NCBI GenBank assembly: GCA_028534125.1 | Contig: CM052824.1 | Coordinates: 49,600,001-49,664,000 of the forward strand | From: Lama glama | Lineage: Eukaryota | Length of the DNA: 64,000 nucleotides | Direction: 5' to 3' | Shown: positions 1 through 12,440 of the stretch, piece by piece | Numbering within the stretch: position 1 is the first letter of the stretch | Layout of the letters: each line of letters starts with the position of its first letter | The notes under the pieces: model-generated | What the model saw: only the letters and a program-made list of their open reading frames with translations | Told to the model about the DNA's origin: nothing | Databases searched by the model: none | Translations under genes and position numbers: made by a program

Positions 1-20
1 GAGATGGTGGAACAGGTGTC

Positions 21-222
21 AGGGAAGGGAGGAGGGGAGACAGGGAGTGGGGGAGGGAGGAGGCAGAGACAGAGAGGAGAGAGAGACACACATAGGGAGG
101 AGATGCAGAGAAAATCACACACAGAAAAAAGACAGAGAACTAGACAGAGGGGGAGAGAGAGACGGAGAGAAAGCACGCTCCAGAAAGGGAGAGAGGGGGA
201 AGGAGTGGAGAGAGAGAGGGAG
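21..222. repeat. GA-rich low-complexity polypurine tract
   Basis: Nearly continuous GAGA/GGGA/GACA units; explains the R/E/G-rich spurious ORFs at 4..753 and 47..265. Confidence 0.9.
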
Positions 223-309
223 AATTCGAGCAGCAACATGTGGCAGTGTTATCTCTCACTTCTAATGCCCTGCATTCAGCATGTCCCCCACCCAGCTAGA
301 GCAAGCACA

Positions 310-311
<2 letters not shown>

Positions 312-356
<45 letters not shown>
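312..356. repeat. (CA)n microsatellite, about 22 units
   Basis: Uninterrupted CA run seen directly. Confidence 0.98.
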
Positions 357-359
<3 letters not shown>

Positions 360-414
360 CGGGACAGCCCAGCTGCCAGGTCCTCATTCTCACCCAAGCT
401 GGATCAGCCCTTAC

Positions 415-900
415 CTTGCCCCAGAAGCAACACGTGTCGGGCAAACACTCCCTGGGTCCGCAGCCCCAGCAGCTGCGTCCCCGCGCCCAGCGCTGCTGGA
501 GGGGTCGCCCAGGGCAGGGCTCCAGCGCCAAGCCCAGTGCCCGCGGCCCTGGGAGCCAGCCGGCTTGATCGATGCCCACATTGCCATGGCTGTTCGGGTG
601 GCCTGCAGGAAGCAGAGCCATTTGTTTTGTCAGAGCGTAACCATGACAATCACCCCATGCGCACACCGCTGTGCCGCTCCCCCCTCACCCCTTCCCTCCC
701 CCCTTCTCGGGAGCACAGGAGGAAGCAGGAGGCCACTTAGCAGCCTCTGCTAATTCCTGCTGGGGCTGATGGAAAGGGCCTGGCGGGCGATGACAGGCCT
801 GCAGGCAGCACCACCCCGGGGAACCGGGCTAGTCAGCGCCGGACAAAGCCCGGGCCCCGGGGCTCCCGTGCCTGAGACCAGAGCCAAGCCGGCCTCTTCT
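415..900 (-). promoter_or_regulatory. CpG-rich candidate promoter and first exon of an unidentified minus-strand gene
   Basis: Locally high CpG density; RFX X-box-like motifs at 580-593 and 637-650; C-rich Sp/KLF-like tract at ~677-705; consensus minus-strand donor AAG|GTAAGG with the exon ending at 415. Confidence 0.55.
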
Positions 901-1349
901 ACATCTCCTTGTCCCCCAGCACGTCCATTTTAGGACCGAGTGATAGAAGCCGTCAATCCATTCTTTCCCCTCACCTCCCACCTCGCTGTGGCCGTGGGGC
1001 AGCCAAGCAGATGGCTCTGGTGGTCCCGGACATGTTATCTGCCAAAACCTTCGGCCATGCCCGTCCAGGTCCTGAGCCACTACCTCCTTCCCCGGTCACG
1101 CCAAAGCCACAAGGGAGATTGCCAGGCTTTTAGATGTGAGCTCTGGGAGGCGTCAGACTGGAGGCCTGACCTCTGAGTACAAAGCTGGATGGCCCAGAGA
1201 GCCAGAGGCTTCTCAAGATCAAGGACAAGCAGATCTGGAAGCCGAGAGGTCTGCCAGGTGGGAGCGTGAAATGTAACTTTGGAGTCTGGATGAAGGAGAG
1301 AGAAGGTGGATATCCCTGGAGTACAGAATAAAGCTAAATCACATACCTA

Positions 1350-1530
1350 CACTTCCTGTTTAATCCTTAGAAACGCCCAAGGACAGGGCTTTATCCCAAT
1401 TTTATAGAGAGACCGTGGATCAGAGAAATGGAGTGATTTACCCAAGGTCACACAGCTGGAAGGTGACAGAGCAGGGATTCAGACTCATGCCTGTCAGCTT
1501 CCAACTCCTGGGAACCTCCTATTACACCCC
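1350..1530 (-). mobile_element. MIR SINE
   Basis: MIR core remnant: cccaattttatagag...gtgatttacccaaggtcacacagct...gggattcagactca. Confidence 0.75.
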
Positions 1531-3090
1531 CACTGGCCTTTTATGGCTGTCACTGTGGGTCTGGCACTTGCAAGCAAGGCCTGGGAGAAGTGCATGCTCA
1601 CTTCTATACCAAACACTGAGAGGTAGAGGCTATGTTCCACATTTCAAAAATGAGCTCAGAGAGGTGAAGTAATTTGCCCAAGGCCACACAGCAAAGAGAT
1701 GAAATTGAAGGCCAGGTCTGCCTGACTCCATCTTTCCAGCCTGCCTCCTTCACCGCCCCTCAGGCTGCACACAAGGCAGATGACCTACTCCTTTCTGGAC
1801 TCTCTGCCTAAGGAGGGTGGTGTCTGAGGATGGGACAGTGGGTGGATGCCGTGGGGTAAGAAAGGTGTGAAGGGAGGAGAAACATTGTGTTGGGTGTAGG
1901 AGCTCCCTGCCAGGGTGACAGATCTCAGCCAGGAGTCTGAGAATCAATGATTCCACCATTAGGGAATCGTATCTTGGGGTCCTCGAGGGCTTTCGGTCTG
2001 ACCAGATCTTCATGAAGTGTACCTAAAACCCAGGCAGACATCACTGCAGGGGTCAGCCAGCTGAGAGCGAGGGCTCAGCAAGAGAACTTTGGAGAAAGTC
2101 TGGAGGGAGAGATTTTGCATGTGTGTGTCTGTGTGTGTGTTGTGGGGGTGGGGGCAGCTGGTTATTGCCGGGCAGAGGGAATGCAGGAGCAGGGGAGAGG
2201 AAGGGGAGCTAGGCTGTGGGAAAACGAACTTCTTCTAGTGGGTTGTTTTGCCTGGATTACCTCTGAATGCCTGCTGGGGTGTGTGATCGATCAGTCATGA
2301 GTAGAAAATGATGGTTTGGGGGCTGGAATGCTGCCTTCGTCATAACGGGGACTAACCAAGAGCCAAGGCAAAATTCACTTCGGTTCGAAACTATGATCTC
2401 CCACGACGAGCCAGGCTTTGGGTCCAGAGCTTCGCGAAGGGGCTGATGAGCAAGACTGAGATTCCAGGAACTTGGTCAGGTGGGAAGAGGCACAAGGGTT
2501 CCCAGCCAGCTTTTGTTCCCCTCAGCAGAACCCCAGGGCCTTTCTACAACCGCTGTCTCACGTTATCCTCACCCTCACCCCGTGCAGTAGGCAGAATCAG
2601 CCTTGTTCCCGAGAGGCTGGGAGGCTGAGGTGGAGAGGTGACATCCCTGGCACCCGAAATGCCTTTGAACCATTTTTCGGCTCATAGAGCCTCAGCTTCC
2701 TGTAGGTAAGGGGCTGGAATTTAAGGGGCGTGGCCACTTAGAATTCCAAGACTACCTCTCCCCCCCCACCCAGGTTCCCAAAGCCCAATTCTCAGCCCCG
2801 AGGAGGTTCCAAATCTCTGTTTCTCAAAAGGTTCCACCCTGGCCCCCGCCACCACCATTCAGGTTTCATATCCACCAGCCATCTTTTCATTCAGCCAATC
2901 CCAAGCTTAGGTTCACATTTCAGGACCAAACTTCTCTGGGAATCAAGGTCAGCCAGGTTGAGTGGTTACAGGAGAGGTGGCAGGAGACACAGGATCTGAG
3001 ACCCGACCTGGGAGGAGAGAGAAGGCTGCCAGCCTGGAGTTACTCTCCGGACTCACCTCTGCTTGAAACCTTCAGGATTTCCTTACCCAT

Positions 3091-3427
3091 TGGGTTGGTT
3101 TCCCAGGATTTGTTGCAACAAATGACCACAAACTGGGTGGCCTTTCCTTAGCTGCATCACTCTAACTCCATGTTCACATAATTATCTTCCCTGTGTGTCT
3201 CTGGGTCTTGATGTGTCTGTCTCCAAATCTCCCCCTCCTTTCTCTTAAAAAGAAAAAAAAAAGCAAAAACAAACACCAGTCACTGCTGATTAGGGTCCAC
3301 TAGAATCCAGTATGACCTCATCTAAGCTTGATCACATCTGCAAAGACCCTGTTCCAAAGGTCACATTCACCTACCCGGAGTTAGGACTCGAATGTATCTT
3401 TGCGAGGAACACAATTCAACCCATAAA
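3091..3427 (-). mobile_element. MLT1 (ERVL-MaLR) solo LTR, MLT1B/C-like
   Basis: caacaaatgaccacaaactgggtggc ... ccagtatgacctcatc ... acatctgcaaagaccctgttccaaa ... acacaattcaacccata. Confidence 0.8.
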
Positions 3428-3529
3428 ACCCATTTCAAAGGAAATAAAGAAGGATTTGGGTCAGGCATGACTCCAAGAGGCCAGTCCTCTGGGTTTCCAG
3501 AAATTTGGAGAGGAGGGAAAAGCAAGTAG

Positions 3530-3750
3530 CAGCATTAAATGTGGACTCTGGGGCTGGATTGCCTGGGATGAAGCTCTGACTCTGTCATTCCCTGACTGTG
3601 TGACCTTGGGAAAATAACCTAACCTCTCTGTGCCTCAGTCTCCCCGCTGTAAAATAAAGATGATGAAGTGTTGTTATGATAATTAAATGAGTAAATATTT
3701 GCAATGCCTTAAGATAGCAGGGCACTTAATAAGCATCATATGTGTGTTTG
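3530..3750 (+). mobile_element. MIR SINE
   Basis: ctgtgtgaccttgggaaaataacctaacctctctgtgcctcagtctcccc...gtaaaat, the canonical MIR core. Confidence 0.85.
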
Positions 3751-4519
3751 TTACACATTGAAAGTCTGCCAGACCACTGCTACTGTTTTACAGGTGTGAA
3801 AACTGAGGTCCAGAAAAGGGAAAGGACATCCCCCAAGTCACCCAGTTGGGTCAACCAGGGTACAAGTCACCTCTGCTTCTTTCCTTCAGGGTCCCCCCCG
3901 CCCCCAGGGGGGAGATTAAATCTCCTTCCCATCTGTTGTGCAGTCGGAGAAATCAGGAAGATAGTCTGGGGCGGGGGCGCAGCCAGCAAGGAGGATGTGT
4001 GCGCACAGGGGAAGAGGGGGTCCCTGGGAGAACGAGAACGGAAGCAGGAGACTCCTCCCGCCCCCAAACACACACCTCTTTCCCACCCACCCCTCTGTTT
4101 GCAGGATGGAAGCAGTTGCACGACTGTTTCTGCCCACACGGAGGAAAACTAGTCTCCAGAATGTGTAACCAACACAGTCTGAGTGAGAAGGGAAAGCTAG
4201 TCCTTCAAGAAGGCAAGCTGGGGGCCCAGGGCAGGGCTGGCAGAGAGACCAGGGCTGGTCCGGGTAGGTATGGGGCTGGGGGTCGGTTCTCTCCCTTTCT
4301 GTGCATGGTGGGCCGGCTGCATTGACGCTGCATCTGAGATGATTGTCTCCGGCTTAATTCCCGATAGGGCTGTGAGGTCCAGAGGAACAGCCCAAGCTTT
4401 GAAGGCGGGTGGGTTGACATGTAACCCATCGGTAAAAAAACAAAACAAAAAACCCCAAAACAAAACAAACTCATGAACTCCCCTCCTCTCTTCCCAGCCC
4501 TCACTGGAGCAGGAAATAG

Positions 4520-4973
4520 CTTAAATGGCCCAGCTCTTCATCTCTCCCTGAATCTATGCCCTGGGCCATGTGACTTGACAGTTCTTTCTCCAAAAAAGGT
4601 GGACTACAGCTACCACCCCTTCACCTTGGGCTCAGCCCCAGAACTTACCCAATGGGTATGATGTAGCCAAAGGCTTGTAAAGTGCTTGCCTGATTGGGCT
4701 GATTCTCTTGTGCCTCTGTCCTCGTTGCCATGAGAAGAGCGTGTCCACTGGTACCAGGAGGAGGGTGACAGACACACAGAGCAGGACCAAACTGCCCCAA
4801 GTAAGCCCGCTGAGATCAGCCAACAGCAGATGTTCACGCAAGTTCGGCCAAGCCCAGCTGAGTCTGGGGCAAGATCAACCGACTCTTAGCTGACCTGAAA
4901 TCAATGGTTGTTTTAAGTCACTGAGTTTGGAGCGGTTGGTTTGCAGCATTTTCTGGCAATAGCTGATTGATAA
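4520..4973 (+). mobile_element. MLT1G/H-like MaLR solo LTR
   Basis: Internal ttgccatgagaagag and 3' end ttgttttaagtcactgagtttgg...ggcaatagctgattgata, typical of old MLT1 LTRs. Confidence 0.75.
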
Positions 4974-4999
4974 CCTGCCTCTTGTAGATTTCACCTTCC

Positions 5000-5720
5000 T
5001 GATGTCTTTTGAACACACCCCTCCTCTCCATCCCCTTGCCTCAGTACCAGCCTCCTAACAGCTTCCCCCCGGGCTCCCAGTCTTGAGTGTCATGTGTCCC
5101 CATCCATTTCCCCTGCCACAGTCAGATTTTTATGAGATCTGATGATGGCTGTACCTGCCTGTCACCCCTTTTCTCAACCCAGCCTAAGATCCTTCAATGA
5201 CTCTCCCCTGGCTTTAGTAAAAAGTTCCCCTTCTTAGCTTAGCATTCAAGGCCCTTTATGATCTGCCCTGTCCTCTCTCTGGCCCTGCTCCTGCTCAGTC
5301 CCCTCTGTGGACACTTCCTCCAGCCACCTAGAACCATCTGCAGTTCCCAGAACTTTAAGCTGTTTCACACCTTTGGGGTTTTACCAGTGTTGATCCCTTC
5401 AACGGGAAGATGCCTTTTCCACTCTTCACCTGGCTGTTCTCCACTTGTCCTACAAAGGAGGGCTGAGCATCTTCACCTCTCCTTGAGAAAATCTACCCAT
5501 CCCAGTTAGATAACCTGACCGAAGGGCCACAGGGGCCTGGCATAGTAGGTGCTCAACTAACGTCATGTTGGATGAATAACAGAATGAGGGAATGAACGAA
5601 TGGCCTATCCTCTCAAGGGTAGTATCGCGTCTAACATATCCCTGTGTTTCCAGCATCTGATGCCGATCCTGACATGTAGCAGGACTTCATAAACATTTGT
5701 TTTAATAAGTGAATAAATGA
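5000..5720 (+). mobile_element. L2 LINE fragments (3' ends)
   Basis: ccttcaatgactctccc...ttcaaggccctttatgatctg; end motif cctggcatagtaggtgctcaa...gaat. Confidence 0.65.
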
Positions 5721-6749
5721 GCATGTGGCCCTATCACCTCAGTGTCCCAGAGAGTCCTGGTAAGCGAACCCTCTCTTCCACGAGACAGTGGCAATGGGAG
5801 AAGGGGCCTTGGCCTCTGGCCTAGCCAGGAAGAGGTGGGAGGGAGGTCGTGGCACAGGAGGGGCAGGGTGGTGACAGCCATCTTCTTTGGGTCCAAACAA
5901 GAGAAGTTACATTGTCTGTAGAGAGTTTAAAAACAGTAAGACTGACTAAAATCAGTTTTCATTTTATTATCACCATGCACTGGGGAGTTAAAACAATGCT
6001 GTGACCAATAAGTCTTCCCCACTGAGCAGACCACTCCGTCTGCCTCTGCCTTGATGTCTTGCCGTAGGGGAGATACCCTCCCTTCTGTCTCCGATGCTCA
6101 TCATCCCTGCAAAAGTCAGCCCCACCAGAGGACACCCTTGGAAAGACAGGGCAGCTGTGTCTCCAGTGATCCCCACCTGGGCTACAAAGGCTCACAGCCT
6201 TGGTGGAATGCTCCCTAGTTCAGGTCAGACACCAGGAAGCCACTGGCAGGGTCATGGGGCCCACAACTAGAAGGCAGCCAAGACAGGATCTGTACCCAGG
6301 TTTGCGTGCCTCCAGAGCTGGTCATCTTCACCTCGCCTGGGTCCTGTCTCCAGCTGGCCCTCGAGCTTCATTTCCTCCTGCCCACTGCTGGTACCCTTGG
6401 CTTTGGCTGAGGACCAGGCATTTGCTGACTATAGGACTGGGTCAGCCTGGAGGCTACCCTCCTCACCTTTGGCAGCACAAACTTTGGGAAAGACGCCAGC
6501 CCTGGTCTTGGAGGCCAGTCTTCACTCAGCCACTCGGCACTCACCTAAATAATGATACCTGACACTGGTTCCCTGGGGATCGAACGTCTGAAGTTCCTGG
6601 AAGACTGGCTGTGAGTTTTGACCTACTACTCGTTGTTGGTGGGGACCACTTCCACCTTCTGAAGCTTGAGTCTCCTATCTCTAGAGTGGGGTTGGTGATT
6701 CCTGTCTCTGCACCCCTCCCCAACCCTGCCCTGAAATAGCAGCCCTATG

Positions 6750-7465
6750 CACACCACCTGTGCAGGCAGCTGCCTGGACCTTCTCTCCAAATCTGCTGCC
6801 ACCACCGTTACCAACCAGACCACTCTCATCTTCCTTCAGGATGCTAGCCATGCCTCCCAGCCCCTACTTTCCCTCAGGACTCTCCAATCTGTTTTCCATG
6901 CAGTGGCCAGAGTGAACCTTGCAAAGCATTAAACTTGATCTCATGACAGCTGGATTAAACCAGCAAACGTTTTCCATTGCTCTCAGGATGCAGACACGAT
7001 TCCTCTATACCTCTGACAACAAAGACCATCAGGTCTGGTCCCTGCCAATTTCTCCCATTGCATTTCCACTCTGCACCCCAAGAAACACTGGATTCCTTCC
7101 AGGACCTCATGATCTCTGGGCTACCTCCTGACCCACGCTTTGCCCAAACTGTTCCCTTTTCCCAGAACATTCTTCCCTCTTCTCTTAGTTAACACCTTTT
7201 CTTCTTCAGATGTCAATTCAAGCATCACTTCCTGAGGGGATCTTCAAGTTCGAATTCCCCAATTACAGGCTCTCTATGTCCCAAGTACCTGTCCTTTGTA
7301 GACTTTACAGAACCTATTATGACTATAACTTAACATTTTGTTATGGGATAGTTTCTCCCCTACAATGCAAGCCCAACGAAGGCTGATACCTACTGTATCT
7401 GCCGTGCCTAGCATGGTGCCTGGTGTGAGTAGGCTCTCAGTAAATATTTGTTTTACCAAACAAGT
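6750..7465 (+). mobile_element. L2 LINE 3' fragment
   Basis: Ends with gtgcctagcatggtgcctggtgtgagtaggctctcagtaaatatttg, the L2 3' terminus. Confidence 0.75.
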
Positions 7466-7534
7466 GAAATAAAATGAAACCATTAATGGGAAAGACTTTT
7501 AATCAAAAATAGAAATCCTAGGTATCCATTTGGA

Positions 7535-7655
7535 ATTATTATTATACCCATTTTACAGATGAGGAAAACTGATGATCAGAAAAATTAAGGGACTTACCCA
7601 AGTCTCCTGGCTTAGCAGCAGAGATGGGGCTGGAACCCAGACATAGTTCCTGACA
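7535..7655 (-). mobile_element. MIR SINE
   Basis: attatacccattttacagatgaggaaaactga core. Confidence 0.8.
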
Positions 7656-8797
7656 CAGGGAGCAGCTTGATCCCTGCTTACCAAGCTCAGGTGGGTTCTG
7701 CCTCCACCTGTGGCGCCAGTGCCCTGCACCCTGCTGCCTCTCCAGGAGGTGGGCGGCCTGCAGTTTGCAGATGACTGCTGGCAGAGGTCCATGCTGGCAG
7801 GAGATGGCTTCTGTGTCATCAGGGGCCTGATTCTTATTCATGATCCGTTACCACACGTGGTGCCTTGGTACAAACAAACAGGCAGTGACAGCTCCTGGCT
7901 TCAAAGCCTTCCCGGGGGCAGGAACACAGCCCAGTCTGGCCAGGGGCCCCTGATGCAGTTCAGAGCAGGGAGAGGCAGAGGCTGGGGCAGATGCAGGCGG
8001 CTTGGAACAGGTGGCTGCCTGGGAGCAACTGGATGGAGGGAAGGGAGGGCTGCCCAGGGGACAGAGAAGGACTGAATCTCTGAAGCCATTATCTTGCCGC
8101 ACTCTCCAGCTCTTTAAAAATAGATACATTGCAGAGAGAGGAAGAAGGCAAACAAAGAAAATAAACTCTTTCAAGTGTGGTCAGGAGCTATTTCTTATGT
8201 TTCTTACTCTCTCATCTCTCATGCTTTTTTTCCCAGGAGAAGAGGTTAATGCATTCCTAGTCCCTGAAATCTGCAGGCCAGCCCGGGACACTTGGTGGGG
8301 GTGTGGAAGGCCTACAATGAACCTGGCCCTGTGCCAGGGGCTTTCACAGTTTCCTGCAATCCTCAGAACAGCCTAGGGAAGCTTTTGTTGTTGTTGTTTT
8401 GTTTCAATTCAACAAATATTCGAGTGCCTCCTCTGTTAGACAGATGGCCTCCACAGTGAAGGCGGAAACTAACTCTATCATCGTGAATCCCACATTCCAC
8501 ATCTGTTACCTGAGAGCAGATTCTTGTCCCATCTCAGAAAGAAATCAGAGAGAAGGCACAGACGTCAAGAAAGTAAAATGAGGATTTATTAAGATACAGG
8601 ATGCTCTCAAGGGGGAAGTGGGCAGACTCAGATGAATAGCTGCCCTGAGTTTCTTTGGCCAGCTGGGTGTACGGGATATAAAAATGAATGGGCAGAATAT
8701 TCATTGGGGAGGAAGGGGTTTATGGTCATATTCTCTGATTTTCATCCTGGCTCCACCTTCCCAAGGGGAGGAGGGATTTTTGTCCTTATTTAGTCTT

Positions 8798-8904
8798 TTT
8801 TTTTTTTTTTAAATTGAAGTATAGTCAGTTGTAATGTGTCAATTTCTGGTGTATAGCATAATGTCCCAGTCATGCGTACGTTCATTTTCATGTTCTTTTT
8901 CATT
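8798..8904 (-). mobile_element. Short 5'-truncated L1 3' end
   Basis: Poly(T) then attgaagtatagtcagtt...; flanked by CTTATTTAGTCTT at 8785-8797 and 8907-8919. Confidence 0.85.
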
Positions 8905-8919
8905 AACTTATTTAGTCTT

Positions 8920-9541
8920 TATATATATATATATGTATTTATTGAAGTGTAGTCAGTTTACAATGTTGTGTCAATTTCCTGTGTACAGCATAATGTTAGT
9001 CATACATACACATACATAAATTCATTTTCATATTCTTTTTTACCATAAGTTACTGCAAGATGTTGAATATAGTTCCCTGTGCTATACAGTATCAACTTAT
9101 TGTTTATTTTATATATATTTGTTGGTATCTGCAAACCTCAAACTCCCCGTTTATCCCTTCCCACTCCCTTTCCCGTCTAGTAACCGTAAGTTTGTGTTCT
9201 CTATATCTGTGAGTCTGATTCTGTTTTGTAAATAAGTTCATTTGTCTCTTTTTTTAATATTCCACGTCTAAGTGATGTCATATATCTCTTTCTGGCTTAT
9301 TTCACTGAGAATGACAGTCTCCAGGTCCATCCATGTTGCTGCAAATGGCACTATTTTATTACTATTTTATGGCTAAATAGTATTGCATTGTATACATATA
9401 CTACAAATCTTTATCCAGTCATCTGTCAATGGACATTTAGGTTGTTTTCATGTCTTGGCTATGGTAAATGGTGCTGCTATGAACATAGGGGGTGCATGTG
9501 TCTTTTTGAATTAAGGCCCCCTCTGGATATATGCCCAGGTA
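8920..9541 (-). mobile_element. 5'-truncated L1 (3' UTR plus end of ORF2)
   Basis: Same 3' UTR as the other L1 copies in the window; includes ccatccatgttgctgcaaatggc and tggatatatgcccagg; TSD AACTTATTTAGTCTT at 8905-8919 and 9542-9556. Confidence 0.9.
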
Positions 9542-9719
9542 AACTTATTTAGTCTTGATCGGAAGTATCATGGTGGTTTCCCGTCAGTTCAGAGGTTCCT
9601 GCTTTTCTTTGTTTGCCTAAGGATCCTGTGTTTAACAACATGTATGGTTTCCTGCCATTTGGCTTGTACTCACCTTTCTCTGCTCATATTTAGCCACCTG
9701 CCTGCTCTAACACATCCAT

Positions 9720-10555
9720 GAGACTATGAAAGATTGGATAGATGCTACCGAGAGGAAAATTGGAGTGATATGTCAGAGAGTCACTAGGGTCGGGTGGGGC
9801 TTTGGATTGGGAAGTCAGGGGAGGCTTCTCTGAGGAAGCGACATCTGAGCTGAAGCCTGAAGGATGAGGAGAAATCCTGATGTTGAAAGAATGGGGTTGG
9901 GGAGGAGCAGTCAGAGATAGAGAGAGCGGCAGGCGCAAAGGATGGGAAGAGGTACTATGGAACCAAGGAGGAAAAAGGAGCTGTGACTGGCTGGAGCAGT
10001 GAGAAAGACCCGTTCAGAGAGGAGGGGGCAGGCGATGAGGTGATGAGGACCAGTGAAGGTCACTGTGGAGTTGGAATTTTACTCTGAGAGCTCTCTCTGC
10101 AATTCTATGAGAAGGGGGAAAATATGCTTTTGTTCACATTTTATGAGATCAACTTGGCCACTGTGTAGCAAATGGATTAGAGCAGGGTCAGCTGGGAGAA
10201 GGTTAGTGGGAAGATATTGTGGTAATAGAAGTTAAAGATGGTGGCGGCAGTGGTGGTGATGGTGGTGATGGAGAGCAGTGGATAGACTGGGTGTGAGGAT
10301 CAAGGGAAAGGGAAGAGTCAAGGGTGCTTCCTAGGTTATGGGTCTGTGGATTTAGATGGGTGATGGTGCCATTCATAGAGGTAGGAAAGATGTGGGGAGG
10401 ACCAGATTGGATTTGGCATTGGTGGAAATCTAGAAATGTGTCTTGGACCTAATGAGTTTAGGGAAAATCATGTATCCAGGTAGAGTTTATAGTTGGATAT
10501 ATAAGTTGGAGCTGAAGATAAAATTTAGGAGTCATGAAACTATGGATGGTAATTA
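9720..10555 (-). mobile_element. L2 LINE fragment
   Basis: gtcaggggaggcttctctgaggaagcgacatctgagctgaagcctgaaggatgag and later L2-like segments. Confidence 0.75.
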
Positions 10556-11704
10556 GTACCGTCCAATAGGACCCTCTGTAGGCCGCAAGTTGGTTGAAGG
10601 CCACTTGTAAGTTCCATGACAGCAGGGACCATGCCTGTCATTGTCATGGCTCTCTGCCCCCAGCACCTACAACCCAGCACATAGCAAGTATTTGTTAAGT
10701 CAGTATTGAAGACTTAAAGGAAAAAAAAAGCAAAGCCAAAGACAGAATCTCTTTCTTCAAAGAGCTTATGTTATGCGAGATCATTCCGAGGCAAACACAC
10801 AGCTCGAATGTACAGAACAAAGAGCTGCATAACCAGGTTGGGATCTAGGGCTGTCTGAGCCAGGGCTGACATTTACCTTAAGTCATAGAGCCTGCCCTGG
10901 TGGGTGGTCCAAATTAATAGGCTAAGTACACTTGCGGGGGAAACATTTAAAGAGCTTGGGAACAAGCATTTCCAAGCCCTTGAGAAGTGTTTAGTACAGC
11001 CTCAGAGGGTTTATGCACTGTTTGTTTTTACTTTCCTGTAGCACGTTTTGTGTATCGTGGTGACTGCCCTTGTCCTGTTGCATTGCAGTCCTTTACTTTG
11101 CAGACATCCTTACCATCCTCCCACCAATCCACAGATCTGCAAACTTTGCAAGGGTAGGGGGCTTTATCTGATCTAGCTTCATAACTTCAGAGGCTGGCTG
11201 GGTGCTGGGCATGTGACAGATAATAGATAACCAATGTTCATAACAGATCATAGAAGCTCAAAAGGTTTATTGAATAAATGAATTCTGAGTCATTTATTGA
11301 AGCAAGTTCTTCATTGCCTACTCTCTTAGGTAATGCTTCTTGGAATTACTATATATGATTTAATGGCAATAGAACTACATTTGGGGTTTTAAAACTCACT
11401 ACCTGGTAGCTGTGTGATCAGGAGTAAGTCTCTTAACCTCTCTGGGCCTTGGTTTCTTCTAAATATCCTAGAAATGGTCTGTAATGCCTGGTTTCTTGCT
11501 TTTCGTACATGGATGAATTTATACGTGTTCTTTTGGGTGGCCAGGTGCTCCTGGCTGAGCTGAAGCTAATGCAGGACACTTAGGTGGTTGCAAACTCTGT
11601 TTGGGGAAGGTAAGACTGTGCAGAAAGCTTTGGGTGCTGGTGCCCGGGACCAGAGGTGGAAAAATTGGAAAAGTGCCTGGTGGAGAAAAGCACTGAAACA
11701 AAGA

Positions 11705-12440
11705 GTCTGTGTTATTTTTTATAACAAAAAATAATCAAGATATCCATGAAGGTCAGGCCATCAGCAAGCGTGGTTGATTCTCCGTCCAAAATATCTCTCA
11801 AATCGACCCACCTCTCACCATCCCCTCTGGCCCCAGCTCCAGCCCCTCCCCCACGCCCATTCTGTAGCAGCCTGCTCGCTGCTCTCTCTGCCTCCCCACT
11901 TGCGTGTCCCAACAGAGTGGCATTTTAAACATATAAATCAAATCACATCCCTGCCTTGCTTAAAACACTTTGGGGATTACATCACGCTCACAGTAAAATC
12001 CAAACTCCTCCCTTTAGTCTTGAATAAACTGGCCCAGCCTGCCTCTCTCACTTCATCTCCCACCTCTCTCTCTCCATCTCCCACCTCTCTCTCTCCAACC
12101 CGTGTTCCGGTCGTTTCCCCACTTCTCACTCCCTTGCTTTTGGCAGGATGGCTCTTAGGTCTCAGCATAAATATCACCTCTTCAGAGGGGTCCTCCCTGA
12201 CTACCTGATCCCAAGGTACAGCCTTCCATTAGTTTATATAATTAAACAGCATCCTCTTTCTTTCCTTAGTAGCTATCCTCACAATTTTTAATCAGTCTGT
12301 TCATTTGCTTGTTTATCACCTCTCTCCCCTACTAGACCACAAATTCCACAAAGAACAAATACCAAGTCACATTTATTCCCTGTGTCACATTTATTAATCT
12401 CCTGGCACAAAGCAGATGCTCAAGAAATCGTCGTAGCATG
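11705..12440 (+). mobile_element. L2 LINE fragment
   Basis: ccaaaatatctctcaaatc...aaatcacatccctgccttgcttaaaac...tctcagcataaatatcacctcttcagagggg. Confidence 0.75.
12055..12096. repeat. Perfect 21-bp tandem duplication
   Basis: ATCTCCCACCTCTCTCTCTCC occurs twice in tandem. Confidence 0.85.

Larger units (their letters stand above)
8504..9712 (-). mobile_element. ERV1-type solo LTR (~450 bp) interrupted by two L1 copies
   Basis: Termini TGTTA...TAACA; 4-bp TSD CATC at 8500-8503 and 9713-9716; minus-strand AATAAA at 8585-8590. Confidence 0.8.

Noticed and set aside
4-753. 249-aa plus-strand ORF, the longest in the track
   Set aside because: It runs through GA-rich and (CA)n repeats and GC-rich DNA that is poor in stop codons; low-complexity R/E/G and HT runs, no recognisable domain.
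4724-4737. RFX-like GTTGCCATGAGAAG
   Set aside because: Part of the MLT1 LTR sequence with a poor second half-site; not independent evidence of regulation.
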